Shown here piece after piece: positions 1-10,231 of a DNA stretch of 37,359 nt. A program made the position numbers and the translations under genes. Position 1 is the stretch's first letter; every line of letters begins with the position of its first letter. The DNA lies in assembly GCA_034521555.1 (NCBI GenBank), contig JAXHMI010000002.1, positions 1 through 37,359 on the forward strand. The letters are read 5' to 3'. Under the pieces are notes generated by a model, which saw only the letters and a program-made list of their open reading frames with translations, had not been told where the DNA came from and made no database searches. This DNA is from Natrialbaceae archaeon (GTDB taxonomy: Archaea; Halobacteriota; Halobacteria; Halobacteriales; Natrialbaceae).

Positions 1-1486
1 GAACTCGGCGAGCGAGTCGAGGAGCACTACGGCCAGCCACAGGACGTCGAGTGGGCTACCGCGGATAACTCGATCTACATGCTGCAGTCGCGCCCGATCA
101 CGACCATCCAGGCCAGCGACGATGGCGATACCAGAGCCACCCCAAGTGTCGCAGATGGCAGCGGGGCGGTTGCCGACGACTCCACCGACGCGTTCGAGGG
201 CTCGGTTCTGGTCGACGGCCTGGGCTCGAGTCCCGGTACCGTGACCGGGACGGCCCGGATCATCACGAAACTCGACGAACTTGACAAGGTCGGCGAGGGT
301 GACATCATGGTCACCGAGATGACCATGCCCGACATGGTGCCCGGCGATGAAGCGCGCCGGCCGGGATCATCACGGACGAGGGCGGGATGACCAGTCACGC
401 CTCGATTGTCTCGCGAGAACTGGGTGTCCCGGCAATCGTCGGGACGACGAACGCGACACCGAGCGCTCCGAGGACGGCCAGGATGGTCACCATCGACGGC
501 GACCGAGGGGCAGTCGTCGAGGGCAGGCGGCCGAAGCCGAGGAGGAGACACGACGCCGGTCGAGTCGGTGCGCCCGCAGTCGCCGGTCAAGCCGATGACC
601 GCGACCGAGGTCAAGGTCAACGTCTCCATCCCGGAGGCCGCCGAGCGCGCTGCTGCGACGGGCGCCGACGGCGTCGGCCTGCTGCGCATCGAGCACATGA
701 TCCTCTCGACTGGACAAGACGCCAGAGCGCTACGTCGCCGACCACGGCGTCGACGCCTACGTCGACGAACTCGTCGAGGGGATCCGATCGGTGGCCGACG
801 AGTTCTACCCACGGCCGGTGCGGGTCCGGACGCTCGATGCGCCGACCGACGAGTTCCGCCAGCTCGAGGGCGGCGAGGACGAACCGGCCGAGCACAACCC
901 GATGCTGGGCTACCGCGGCATCCGGCGCAGCCTCGACCGGCCGGACGTGTTCGCCCACGAACTCGAGGCGTTCCGACGCCTGTACGAGCAGGGCTACGAC
1001 AACGTCGAGATCATGTTCCCGCTCGTCAACGACGCCGAGGACGTCCTGCGGATGGCCCGACAGCTCCTCACGGAGGCCGGGATCGATCCCGAGAAGCGCC
1101 GGTGGGGCGTCATGATCGAGACGCCGGCAGCCGCGCTGAGCGTCGAGGCGATGGCCGACGCGGGCATCGACTTCGCCTCCTTCGGGACGAACGACCTCAC
1201 CCAGTACACCCTCGCCGTCGACCGGAACAACGAGCACGTGGCCGACCGCTTCGACGAACTCCACCCGGCGGTCCTGCGAACTCATCGGCGATGATCATCG
1301 AGACCTGCCGCGAGCACGACGTCGACACGAGCATCTGCGGCCAGGCCGGCTCGAAGCCGGAGATGGTCCGGTTCCTGGTCGAGCGAGGGCATCACCTCGA
1401 TCAGCGCGAACATCGACGCGGTCCGTGACGTCCAGCACGAGGTCAAGCGGGTCGAACAGAAGCTGGTCCTCGATTCGATCAGGTAG
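1..1486 (+). pseudogene. ppsA: Phosphoenolpyruvate synthase (PEP-utilising enzyme), C-terminal ~490 codons. The 5' end lies outside the window and the reading frame is broken at least 5 times (probably indel errors).
   Basis: Stitched from ORFs 79..390, 387.., 406..1428 and 791..1294. Mobile His-domain motif GGMTSHASIVSRELGVPAIVG. PEP-utilising TIM-barrel domain NPMLGYRGIRR...FGTNDLTQYTLAVDRNNEHV. C-terminus ...[28 protein letters not shown], stop at 1484-1486. Confidence 0.8.
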
Positions 1487-1542
1487 TCCCGCTCGAACCG
1501 TCTCCCGTAACGAGTAAACCCGCCGCCCGCCAATCTGGCCGT

Positions 1543-2640
1543 ATGCAGCGCGAGCCGCAGTCATTCGACCGGGTACTCTCCTCGATGTGTACGGAGCCAC
1601 ACCCGGACGCGCGGGCTGCGGCCGAGCGGTTTCTCGCGACGAATCCCGGCGACCCGGGCAGCTTTCCAGCGGTGGCCGCCCTCGAGGACGAGGCCGTCGC
1701 CATGCTGGGTGAGGTGGCCGAGCTCCCCGATCCCCACGGATACGTGGCCAGTGGCGGGACGGAGGCCAACATCCAGGCCGTCCGCATTGCCCGTGAGGTC
1801 GCCGAAACGACGACGCCGAACGTTGTAATGCCCGAATCGGGGCACTTCAGCTTCCGAAAAGCGGCGACAGTCCTCGGGGTGGACCTTCGGGTCGTCTCGA
1901 CGGATGCCGATCACCGGGTCGACCTCGAGGCGGTGGACCACGCGGTGGACGCCGATACGGCGCTGATCGTGGGCGTGGCCGGCTCGACGGAGTACGGTCG
2001 GGTCGACCCCATCCCCGCCCTGGGTGAGGTGGCCCACTCGGTCGATGCCCTGCTCCACGTCGATGCGGCCTGGGGCGGATTCATCCTCCCATTTACCGAC
2101 GAGGCGTGGAACTTCGCCGATGCGCCCGTCGACACCATGCTGCGATCGACCCCCACAAGATGGGCCAGGCGGCCGTGCCTGCCGGCGGCCTGCTCCTTCG
2201 GGACGGGCGATTGCTCGACGAACTCGCCGTGGACACACCCTACCTCGAGTCGTCTCGACAGGCCACGCTGGCCGGGACGCGGTCGGGGGCCGGGTGTGGC
2301 CAGTGCCGTTGCAGCGATGGAAACACTCTGGCCGGATGGCTATCGGACACAGTACGAGACGGCCATGGCAAACGCCCGGTGGGGGTTGGCCGCGGCGCGG
2401 TCAGAGAGCGCGGCTTTCCCGGTCATTGAGCCATCGCTCCCGCTGGTGGCCGTTGACCTTCCCTCGCCGCTGTTCGACCGGCTCCGCACTGAGGGCTGGC
2501 GGATCTCAGGAACGGCTGCCGGGGAGATGCGGATCGGTCCGCATGCCCCACGTGACACGCGGGATGCTCGGAGCGGTTTATCGCCGACCTCGACCGGGTC
2601 GAGGCCGGAGCCGCGGTACTCGGTCGTCAGCGACGACTGA
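1543..2640 (+). pseudogene. mfnA: L-tyrosine/L-aspartate decarboxylase MfnA (PLP-dependent, methanofuran/CoA precursor). Frame disrupted ~3 times and the 3' end is uncertain.
   Basis: N-terminus [37 protein letters not shown] and [13 protein letters not shown] in frame 1. The middle ([36 protein letters not shown]) is in frame 0. The C-terminal MPHVTR motif is in frame 2. Confidence 0.75.
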
Positions 2641-2676
2641 AACCGGGGCGTCTTCTTTCGCTCGCCGGGCCGACCA

Positions 2677-4731
2677 ATGCCCATGAGCGACGATCCGTAT
2701 CCCACGGAGCAGCCGGCAGTCGTCACCTGTGGCCTTCCCTATGCCAACGGTGACCTCCACATCGGGCATCTCCGGGGCTACATCGGGGCCGACGCACTCA
2801 ACCGAGCGCTCCGACTGCTCGGCCGGCGGCTCGGTGTGCGTCTGTGGCTCGGACATGCACGGCACGCCGGTGGCGGTCGACGCCGAGAAGGAAGGAATTG
2901 ACCCGGAGACCTTCGCCCTCCGGTGGCACGAGCAGTACCAGGAGACATTCCCGCAGTTTCACGTCGATTTCGACAACTACGGCCACACGCACGACGAGAC
3001 GAACGTCGATATGACGCGAGAGATCGTCAACCGGCTGGACGAGGCCGGTCACATCTACGAGAAGACGATCCAGGTGGCCTACGATCCGGCGGCCGATCAG
3101 TATCTGCCTGACCGGTACGTCGTCGGGACCTGTCCATTACTGTGGGGAGAAGGCTCGCGGTGACGAGTGTGACGAGGGGTGTCAGCGCCACCTCGAGCCC
3201 GGGGAGGTCGTCGACCCACGGAGTTCGATTACGGATAACGAGGCCGAGTATCGCGAGCGCCCGCATATGTTCTTCCGGGTCTCGGAATTTGCCGACTACC
3301 TGACGGCGTTTCTGGACGGGCTCGAGGGGACCTCGAACGCGCGTAACCAGCCCCGGCAATGGATTGAAGACGGGCTGCAGGACTGGTGTATCACCCGCGA
3401 TAATGGACTGGGGGATCGATTACCCGGGCGAGTCGGGTGGAGAGGACCTCGTCCTCTACGTCTGGGTCGATGCGCCCATCGAGTACATCTCGAGTTCGAA
3501 GCAATACAGCGAGCGGGTCGGTCCGGTAGACCTACGACTGGGAGTCGGTCTGGCGGGACGACGGCGAGATCATCCACGTGATCGGCCGGGACATCATCCA
3601 GCACCACACCATCTTCTGGCCGGCCATGCTGGAGGGCAGTGACTTTTCGGCCCCGCGGGCGATTGCCGCCACGGGATTCATCAACGCACCCAACGGGAAG
3701 GGGCTCTCGACCAGTCGCAACCGGGCCGTCTGGGCCAAGGAGTACCTCGAAGAGGGCTTCGACCCGGATCTCATCCGGTTCTACCTCACGATGACCGGTG
3801 GCCTGCAACAGGACGTCGACTTCTCCTGGGCGGCCTTCCAGGAGACAATCGATGCCGAACTCGTGGGTACGGTTGGCAACTTCTGGTATCGCTCGCTGCC
3901 GTTCGCGCACCGGAACTACGAGGGCACTCCCGAAGGGACCGTATCGGATCGAGTCGACGAGCGCATCGACGCAGCGATCGAGGCCGTCCGCGAGAGTGTC
4001 AATGAGTACTCGGTTCGTGGGGTCGGTCGGGCGGCCGTCGAGTTGGCCCAGTTCGGCAACGAGTACATTCAGCAACACGAACCGTGGACGCTCGTCGACG
4101 AGGACCGGCAGCGGCCGAGGGCATCATTCGGGACTGTGTCCAGCTGGCGAAGGCGGTCGCGGTCCTCATCCGGCCCATAACCCCGGGAGCGGCCCAGCGG
4201 CTCTGGTCCAGATCGGGGAGGCCTGGCTCCATCGAGGACGTCACGCTCGAGGCTGCCCACGAAGCACCACAGCGCACGTTCGCCGAGCCATCGGAACTCG
4301 TCGAGAAGATCGACGACGACCGGATCGAGCGGCTCTCGGCCGACCTCGAGTCACGAATCGAGTCGACTACTGAGACGGACGAGTCCTCGACAGCGGTCGA
4401 GCCGATCGAGACCGATCGTATCGACTTCGAGACCTTCCAGTCACTCGATATTCGGGTGGGTGAGATCACGACAGCAGAACCAATCGAAGGGGCTGACGAC
4501 CTCCTGCGCCTCGAGGTCGACATCGAAACGGAGACGAGACAGGTCGTCGCGGGCATCAAACCGCACTACGATGTTGAGACACTCCCCGGTACACGGTGCA
4601 TCCTGCTGGCGAATCTCGAGTCAGCGGAGCTGTTCGGCGTCGAGTCCAACGGGATGGTATTGGCGGCCGGCGAGGAGGCTGACCTGCTGACGACCCATGG
4701 CGATGCTGCGATCGGAGACCGAATCAAATGA
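2677..4731 (+). pseudogene. metG: Methionyl-tRNA synthetase with a C-terminal tRNA-binding (EMAP/Trbp111-like) domain. Frame broken ~6 times (ORFs 2677, 2729, 3267, 3364, 3578, 4084), almost certainly sequencing indels because the gene is essential.
   Basis: HIGH motif [15 protein letters not shown]. Segments [55 protein letters not shown] and GKGLSTSRNRAVW (KMSKS-like region). C-terminal tRNA-binding domain FQSLDIRVGEITTAEPIEGADDLLRLEVDIE...GMVLAA. Stop TGA at 4729-4731. Confidence 0.85.
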
Positions 4732-4886
4732 GTGACGCAGACGATTCAGACCAGCGCTTCGAGCGCGCTGACACGAGCATTCTGCCGGGTGACCCCCGAC
4801 TCGAGAACGTCCTGTTCGTTATCCTCGGGGCCGTCTCGATGGTGCTGGTCATCCTCTACCTGCTCGGTCTCCTTCTCGGCTGGTAA
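4728..4886 (+). CDS. Small (52 aa) acidic-N / single-TM membrane protein. Its ATG overlaps the metG stop (ATGA).
   Basis: MSDADDSDQRFERADTSILPGDPRLENVLFVILGAVSMVLVILYLLGLLLGW with a hydrophobic C-terminal helix. The overlap suggests translational coupling with metG. Confidence 0.45.
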   Translation: MSDADDSDQRFERADTSILPGDPRLENVLFVILGAVSMVLVILYLLGLLLGW

Positions 4887-4900
4887 ATTCTCGAAAATGC

Positions 4901-4908
4901 TTTATTAA
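4901..4908 (+). promoter_or_regulatory. TATA-box-like element (TTTATTAA) about 23 bp upstream of the nfeD-stomatin ATG, consistent with a leaderless transcript.
   Basis: Only AT-rich octamer in an otherwise GC-rich intergenic stretch 4887-4930. Spacing to the ATG at 4931 is typical of haloarchaeal leaderless promoters. Confidence 0.35.
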
Positions 4909-4930
4909 CCGGCGGTTCCTACCGCCTGGC

Positions 4931-6592
4931 ATGATCGATGTTCTGGTGAGCAGCCTCCCGGTCCTCCTGCTGGGCATTGGGCTGATCCTCATCGTTCTCG
5001 AGGCGTTCACGCCTGGCGCCCACCTGATCGTTATCGGGGTGGCCCTGGCCGGGGCGGGATTCATCGGCTACATCTACCCGCCGGCAGCCGATATCCTCGT
5101 CCTCGCGCTGATGACGCTGGCGATTGGAACGGGCGCTGCCTGGGTCTATCGGGATCTGGATTTCTACGGGGGAAAGGGCACCGAGCAGACCTCGGATTCG
5201 GACTCGCTCTCGGGCTCGCGAGGGTATGTCCTCGAGCAGGTCACCGAGCGGACCGGGGAGGTCAAGATCGAAAACGGCGGCTTCGATCCGACCTACAGCG
5301 CCCGGTCGACCGGCGAGACGATCGAGGAGGGGGAGGACATCGTCGTCATCGATCCAGGTGGAGGCAACGTTCTGACTGTTCGATCGGTCGCCGAAGACGA
5401 CAGTCACGTCGTGACAGCGATGAAGGGAATCCTTTTCACCGTACCGGCGGTAGCGCCTGCCATGCTCGAGGCGCTAGTGCCGTTGCAGGCGAGCGGGACC
5501 ATCCTGCTGATCAGCGGGCTGGTCTTTCTGGTGGTGATCGCCGCCCTGCTGAGTGCCGTCGAGATTGTCAACGCCTACGAGAAGCGGGCGCTGACGGTCT
5601 TCGGAGAGTACCGCAGCCTGCTGGAACCCGGGATCAACTTCGTCCCGCCATTCGTCTCCCAGACGTATGTCTTCGATATGCGGACCCAGACCCTCGACGT
5701 GCCGCGTCAGGAGGCCATCACGCGGGACAACTCGCCGGTGACCGCCGATGCCGTCGTCTACATCAAGGTCATGGACGCAAAGAAGGCCTTCCTCGAGGTG
5801 GACGACTACAAGCGCGCCGTCTCGAACCTCGCCCAGACGACACTCCGGGCGGTGCTGGGCGACATGGAACTCGACGACACGCTGAGCAAGCGCGAGCAGA
5901 TCAACGCCAAGATTCGGACCGAACTCGACGAGCCAACCGACGAGTGGGGCATCCGAGTCGAGAGTGTGGAGGTCCGCGAGGTGAACCCCTCTGCCGACGT
6001 CCAGCAGGCAATGGAGAAGCAGACCTCGGCCGAGCGCACACGGCGGGCCATGATCCTCGAGGCCCAGGGAGAGCGCCGGTCGGCCATCGAGAAGGCCGAG
6101 GGGGACAAGCAGTCGAACATCATCCGCGCACAGGGGGAAAAGCAGAGCCAGATTCTCGAGGCCCAGGGTGACGCCATCTCGACGGTCCTCCGCGCCAGAG
6201 CATCCGAGTCGATGGGCGAACGCGCCATCATCGAACAGGGTCTCGACACACTCGACGACATCGGCCAGAGCGAGTCGACGACCTACATCATTCCCCAGGA
6301 ACTGTCCTCGATGGTGGGCCGGTACGGCAAACACCTCACGGGCAGCGACGTGAAGGCCGACGGTGACGCCCTCGAGAGCCTCGGATTCGACGACGCCACT
6401 CGCGAACTCATTGGACTGGACGACATCGAGGAGATCATCGGTGAGATCGACGAGGAAGCCGAGATGGACCTGGCCCAGATGGAAGAGCAGGCGAGGGCTA
6501 TCAAGGAAGGAAAGGATCCCCACAATATCAAGAGTCCCGACGAGGTCATCGACGAACTCGATCAGGAACTCGACCCGGACGAGTCGGCCTGA
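4931..6592 (+). CDS. Single 553-aa ORF made of a short-NfeD module (2 TM + OB-fold) fused to a stomatin/SPFH (band-7) module with a long acidic coiled-coil tail.
   Basis: Residues 1-~160: membrane helices then an OB-fold (YVLEQVTERTGEVKIENGG...GEDIVVIDPGGGNVLTVRSV). From MKGILFTVPAV: hydrophobic anchor then SPFH domain (VFGEYRSLLEPGINFVPPFVSQTYVFDMRTQTLDVPRQEAITRDNSPVTADAVVYIKV...EKQTSAERTRRAMILEAQGE). No stop codon and no frame change lies between the modules. Confidence 0.8.
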   Translation: MIDVLVSSLPVLLLGIGLILIVLEAFTPGAHLIVIGVALAGAGFIGYIYPPAADILVLALMTLAIGTGAAWVYRDLDFYGGKGTEQTSDSDSLSGSRGYVLEQVTERTGEVKIENGGFDPTYSARSTGETIEEGEDIVVIDPGGGNVLTVRSVAEDDSHVVTAMKGILFTVPAVAPAMLEALVPLQASGTILLISGLVFLVVIAALLSAVEIVNAYEKRALTVFGEYRSLLEPGINFVPPFVSQTYVFDMRTQTLDVPRQEAITRDNSPVTADAVVYIKVMDAKKAFLEVDDYKRAVSNLAQTTLRAVLGDMELDDTLSKREQINAKIRTELDEPTDEWGIRVESVEVREVNPSADVQQAMEKQTSAERTRRAMILEAQGERRSAIEKAEGDKQSNIIRAQGEKQSQILEAQGDAISTVLRARASESMGERAIIEQGLDTLDDIGQSESTTYIIPQELSSMVGRYGKHLTGSDVKADGDALESLGFDDATRELIGLDDIEEIIGEIDEEAEMDLAQMEEQARAIKEGKDPHNIKSPDEVIDELDQELDPDESA

Positions 6593-6687
6593 CTCGGTCG
6601 GTTCGCGAGACACTCGAGATTCGCTAGATGAAGGCGAGCGAAACGGGTTTTACCGACTGGCCCCAACGTGACCAGACTAGGTTCTAT

Positions 6688-6764
6688 GGGTCCCGGTCGA
6701 TGGTGTCGACGAGGAAAAACGGACGACGCTCCGTCGGTTCGCTGCCCTCGGAGCGGCGGGACCC
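6688..6764. other. 77-nt nested inverted-repeat element (outer 8-bp stem enclosing two hairpins) in the stomatin–regulator intergenic region. Possibly a structured RNA or terminator.
   Basis: GGGTCCCG (6688-6695) pairs with CGGGACCC (6757-6764). Inner hairpin GTCGA-TGGTG-TCGAC (6696-6710). Inner hairpin CGCTCCG-N15-CGGAGCG (6727-6755). Confidence 0.3.
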
Positions 6765-6792
6765 CTCGTTCAGGTATCGGAGACGAGGATGA

Positions 6793-7323
6793 GGACCGAG
6801 GCTGCCCAGAAGCGAGGTCCGTGAAGCCATCGCCGGCTGCACCCTCTCGATGACGCCCGGTGCGCACTTCTCGAAGATCCGGGACGATCTGCGGCTGGGA
6901 ACCGGCGAGACCCAGCATCACCTTCGACGACTCGAACAGCAGGGACTGGTCGATGGGTATCGGGATGGGGACTACCACCGGTACGTCCTGGCAGAGCGAT
7001 ACGATGCCTTCGAGCGCGCGAGCACTCGGGTACCTCCGCCGGCCGACACCGCGAGGGATGATCGTCGCCCTGCTGCACCGTCCTTCGATCAGCGCGAGCG
7101 AACTCGCCGATGAATCTCGAGGTCTCTCGGCCGACGGTCAGCTACGTATGCAGCCGAGCTCGAGACGGCAGGGCTGTTGAGTCGGGAGGATGGCTACCGG
7201 CTGGAGCGCCCGGAGACGCTACTCTTGCTGTTGGTCCGCCATGCGGATTCGTTCGGGGAGGAAGCGATCGGATTGGCCACTGAGTGCGACACACTCGTCG
7301 CGTACGACCTCGGTCTCTGCTGA
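6793..7323 (+). pseudogene. Winged-helix transcriptional regulator with two wHTH-like segments. Frame disrupted several times and the start is uncertain.
   Basis: Stitched frames: ...FSKIRDDLRLGTGETQHHLRRLEQQGLVDGYRDGDYHRYVLAERYDAFERAS, then ...MIVALLHRPSISASELADESRGLSRPTVSY...ELETAGLLSREDGYRLERPETLLLLLVRHADSFGEEAIGLATECDTLVAYDLGLC. Stop at 7321-7323. Confidence 0.45.
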
Positions 7324-7336
7324 CGGCGATCGGAGA

Positions 7337-7582
7337 TCACGAATCGATCATTACAGTAACCTTCCAGGTAGTACTGGAGGAGTACCCCCACTTTTCGATG
7401 TTGACGCCCACGTTGTCGTCCTGGAGGGCGGCGATGTTGGCACCGACTTCCTTCGGGCTCATATCGAGTTCCTCGCCGATGAGCCGGGACTTGAAGTAGG
7501 TCTTCGTCGCGGCGTGCTCGCGCAGGTAGTGCAGGATCTGCTGCTGTTTGCGTGTGAGGTTGGCGGCAACTGATCCACTCAT
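7337..7582 (-). CDS. Small (81 aa) conserved haloarchaeal wHTH-like protein.
   Basis: Intact ORF MSGSVAANLTRKQQQILHYLREHAATKTYFKSRLIGEELDMSPKEVGANIAALQDDNVGVNIEKWGYSSSTTWKVTVMIDS with an HTH-like core. An AT-richer promoter region lies upstream (7583-7640). Confidence 0.6.
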   Translation of the reverse strand: MSGSVAANLTRKQQQILHYLREHAATKTYFKSRLIGEELDMSPKEVGANIAALQDDNVGVNIEKWGYSSSTTWKVTVMIDS

Positions 7583-7587
7583 ACATC

Positions 7588-7764
7588 ACCGTTTCACGGT
7601 TGGCGGTATAGGGGGTTTGGTACAACCGATTAACCCACTGCTGTCGTGCGATTATCTCGCCGGGTAAGACGAAAATACCCCGCGGGAAATACACCGTTGG
7701 TACATCCGGCTAATCCCCACGTGTTGGAGACACTCACGGCACGGATACCGTTTCACGTCACGGT
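7588..7764. promoter_or_regulatory. Intergenic region with repeated motifs: ACCG-N5/N10-CGGT palindromes at 7588-7600 and 7747-7764, and a TTGGTACANCCG direct repeat at 7615-7628 and 7695-7708.
   Basis: ACCGTTTCACGGT and ACCGTTTCACGTCACGGT. GTTTGGTACAACCG versus CGTTGGTACATCCG (11/14 identical, ~80 bp apart). Located upstream of the 7337-7582 gene. Confidence 0.25.
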
Positions 7765-7772
7765 GGCCTTTC

Positions 7773-8282
7773 CTATTCGTAATAATCGGTTACGTACGGT
7801 CCAAACGCGCAGGCGATGGCCTCGCCAAGGGCCTGCTGCCGGTCGGTCAGCCCGCCCGTAAACAGCCCGATAGCCCCTTCGGCGCGTGCTAGGCCATTCG
7901 TCCCGGCGATCTCGTCGATACTTTCCCCGAGGGTTCGGCCGCGCTCGAGATCCTCCATGGCTGCATCGGGTAGCGGTAGGGTGGGCCCGCCGCCGCAGTG
8001 GAGGGTGGTTCCGTTGGTCGCCGCGGCCCACATCACCAGCGCCGTGGTATCCAGGGGATCGATTTCTGCGACTCCGCCCTCTAGGCCACAGCCGATATCG
8101 GCCGTTGTCGCTTCAAGGGCCCGCCGAGCCCGCACTCGAGCGCCCTCGATCGTCTCGGAGATGGATCGCGGCTGGGCCGAAACCCCGGAATCAACGGCTC
8201 TCGCGGTCACCGTCGCGTCCGGGAGCGTACGTTCGACAGCAGCGATCTTAACGGGATTCTCACTGCCTACGGCGACGTGCAT
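7773..8282 (-). CDS. Non-canonical purine NTP phosphatase (inosine/xanthosine triphosphatase, YjjX/DUF84 family).
   Basis: Intact ORF MHVAVGSENPVKIAAVERTL...SGVSAQP...TTALVMWAAATNGTTLHCGGGPTLPLP...GLFTGGLTDR, characteristic of the PF01931 NTPase family. Confidence 0.75.
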   Translation of the reverse strand: MHVAVGSENPVKIAAVERTLPDATVTARAVDSGVSAQPRSISETIEGARVRARRALEATTADIGCGLEGGVAEIDPLDTTALVMWAAATNGTTLHCGGGPTLPLPDAAMEDLERGRTLGESIDEIAGTNGLARAEGAIGLFTGGLTDRQQALGEAIACAFGPYVTDYYE

Positions 8283-8490
8283 ACCCACCACGGCGGGGCT
8301 GGATGGGTTAATGCACCGCCCGCTATCGCCTATTAAAATGTCACGGTTTATCGTGCCATTTCCGGCGAAATTCCGGGTTTCACACCCTCTGGCGGGTCAA
8401 TACCGAAATGAATATGTAACCCCTCTATTTACCGATAGCTATCAGAGCCCGGTGGCTTCCCCGTACTGCCAGCCGGATCAAAGCCCTCGC

Positions 8491-9543
8491 ATGACGAACG
8501 CAACCCCGAATACTCGAATCCGAGAGACCGAAGACAACGAGACGGAACGCCCGACTGAAGAGAGCCAGACCGAGACGAAATGCCCGGAGTGTTCGGGCAA
8601 CCTCGTCTTCGATAGTGAGCACGGCGAGACCCTGTGTGCAGACTGCGGACTCGTCGTTGCGGCCGATTCCGTCGATCGCGGCCCCGAGTGGCGTGCATTC
8701 GATGCAACGGAGAAGAACAAGAAATCACGCGTCGGTGCCCCCACGACGAAAACGATGCACGACAAGGGCCTGTCGACCAACATCGACTGGCGTAACCGGG
8801 ACGCCTACGGCAACGCCCTCGGCTCCCGCCAGCGCGAGAAGATGCAGCGCCTCCGGAAGTGGAACGAGCGCTTCCGTACCCGTGACAGCCGCGAGCGCAA
8901 TCTCAAGCAGGCCCTCGGCGAGATCGACCGCATGGCCTCCGCGCTGGGCCTCCCGACCAACGTTCGCGAGACGGCGTCCGTGATCTACCGCAGAGCACTC
9001 GGCGAGGACCTCCTACCCGGCCGGTCCATCGAGGGGGTCTCGACGGCCTGCGTCTATGCCGCCGCGCGGCAGGCCGGTGTCCCCCGGAGCCTGGACGAGA
9101 TCACCGATGTCTCTCGTGTCGAGAAGAACGAGATCGCTCGAACGTACCGGTACGTCGTCCGGGAACTTTCCCTCGAGGTCAAGCCGGCCGATCCGGAGAG
9201 CTACGTCCCACGGTTTGCCTCCGGGCTCGAACTGTCCGAGGAGGCCGAACACCGTGCCCGGGTCCTGCTCCAGAAGTGCCAAGGAGAAAGGGGTCCACTC
9301 CGGCAAGTCGCCTGTGGGGCTCGCGGCAGCCGCGGTCTATGCCGCCTCGCTACTGACGAACGAGAAGACGACCCAGGCGGCGGTCAGCGAGGTCGCCGAC
9401 ATCTCAGAGGTCACCATCCGGAACCGCTACCACGAGCTCCTCGAGGCCGAAGAGGGCGTCGTCGCCTGGAGGGTTTTCCCACTCGCGCCCCACGGGACCG
9501 CCATGGATTTCAGCTCGTTCGTGCTCGCGGCCTCGACCGCTGA
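8491..9543 (+). pseudogene. tfb: Transcription initiation factor TFB (TFIIB homologue). Frameshifted near codon ~265 and the 3' end is unclear, reading through toward aroD.
   Basis: N-terminal Zn ribbon CPECSGNLVFDSEHGETLCADCG. Cyclin repeats ([50 protein letters not shown]). The second repeat continues in another frame ([53 protein letters not shown]). Confidence 0.85.
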
Positions 9544-10199
9544 TTCTCCGAGGAGCCGGCGGCCCGGGGCCACGCCGACTGTATCGCAGTTTCGCCTGAT
9601 CTTGCCGGCGAGCCACTGGCGGCACTCGATGCCTACGACGGGTCGCTTCCCCTCCTCGTGACGAATCGACCGACGTGGGAGGGAGGCGAGGCCGGTGATC
9701 CCGGTCGCCTCGAGACGCTTGAACAGGCCATCGATCACGAGGCGGTCAGGGCCGTCGACATCGAACTTGCCACCCTCGAGGCTGGGGACGGCCATGCACT
9801 CCTCGATCAGGCCGAGGTGGCCGGTGTTCTCGGTTGTCGTTCTCCGCACACGACTTCGATACGACGCCGCCGGTCGCGGCCATGCACGCGACGCTCGAGG
9901 GCGCTGCTGCGTACGGGGATGTCGCGAAACTGGCCGTGACGGCAAGGACACGCGCCGAAACGCTGTCGTTGCTCGAAGCCACTCACGAGTGCACCCAGGC
10001 GGGTCTCACCGTTGCCACCATGGCGATGGGCGCCGCCGGCCAGCACACGCGCGCCGTCGCCCCCTGTTACGGCTCACGTATCGGCTATGCGCCGGTCGAT
10101 CCCGGCGCGGCGACTGCCCCCGGGCAGTACGATCTCGAGACCCTCGCTGGCCTAGTCGCAGCCCTCGACGGCGGGGACCAGCGGAAGCAGGAGCCTTAA
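9503..10199 (+). pseudogene. aroD: 3-dehydroquinate dehydratase type I, frame broken ~2 times.
   Basis: [56 protein letters not shown] then (shifted frame) HDFDTTPPVAAMHATLEGAAAYGDVAKLAVTARTRAETLSLLEATHECTQAGLTVATMAMGAAGQHTRAVAPCYGSRIGYAPV. An apparent pair of compensating indels sits in the [17 protein letters not shown] segment. Confidence 0.7.
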
Positions 10200-10231
10200 C
10201 ACACTCGAGCGGGAACTATTGTACCGAAGCA

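Noticed and set aside
75-812. 245-aa Arg-rich ORF on the minus strand
   Set aside because: Antisense to the ppsA coding region. Composition-driven artefact.
6688-6764. tRNA-like interpretation of the nested stem-loop element
   Set aside because: There are only two internal hairpins, a 16-nt unpaired spacer and a 15-nt loop. This is not compatible with a tRNA, so it is kept only as a generic structured element.
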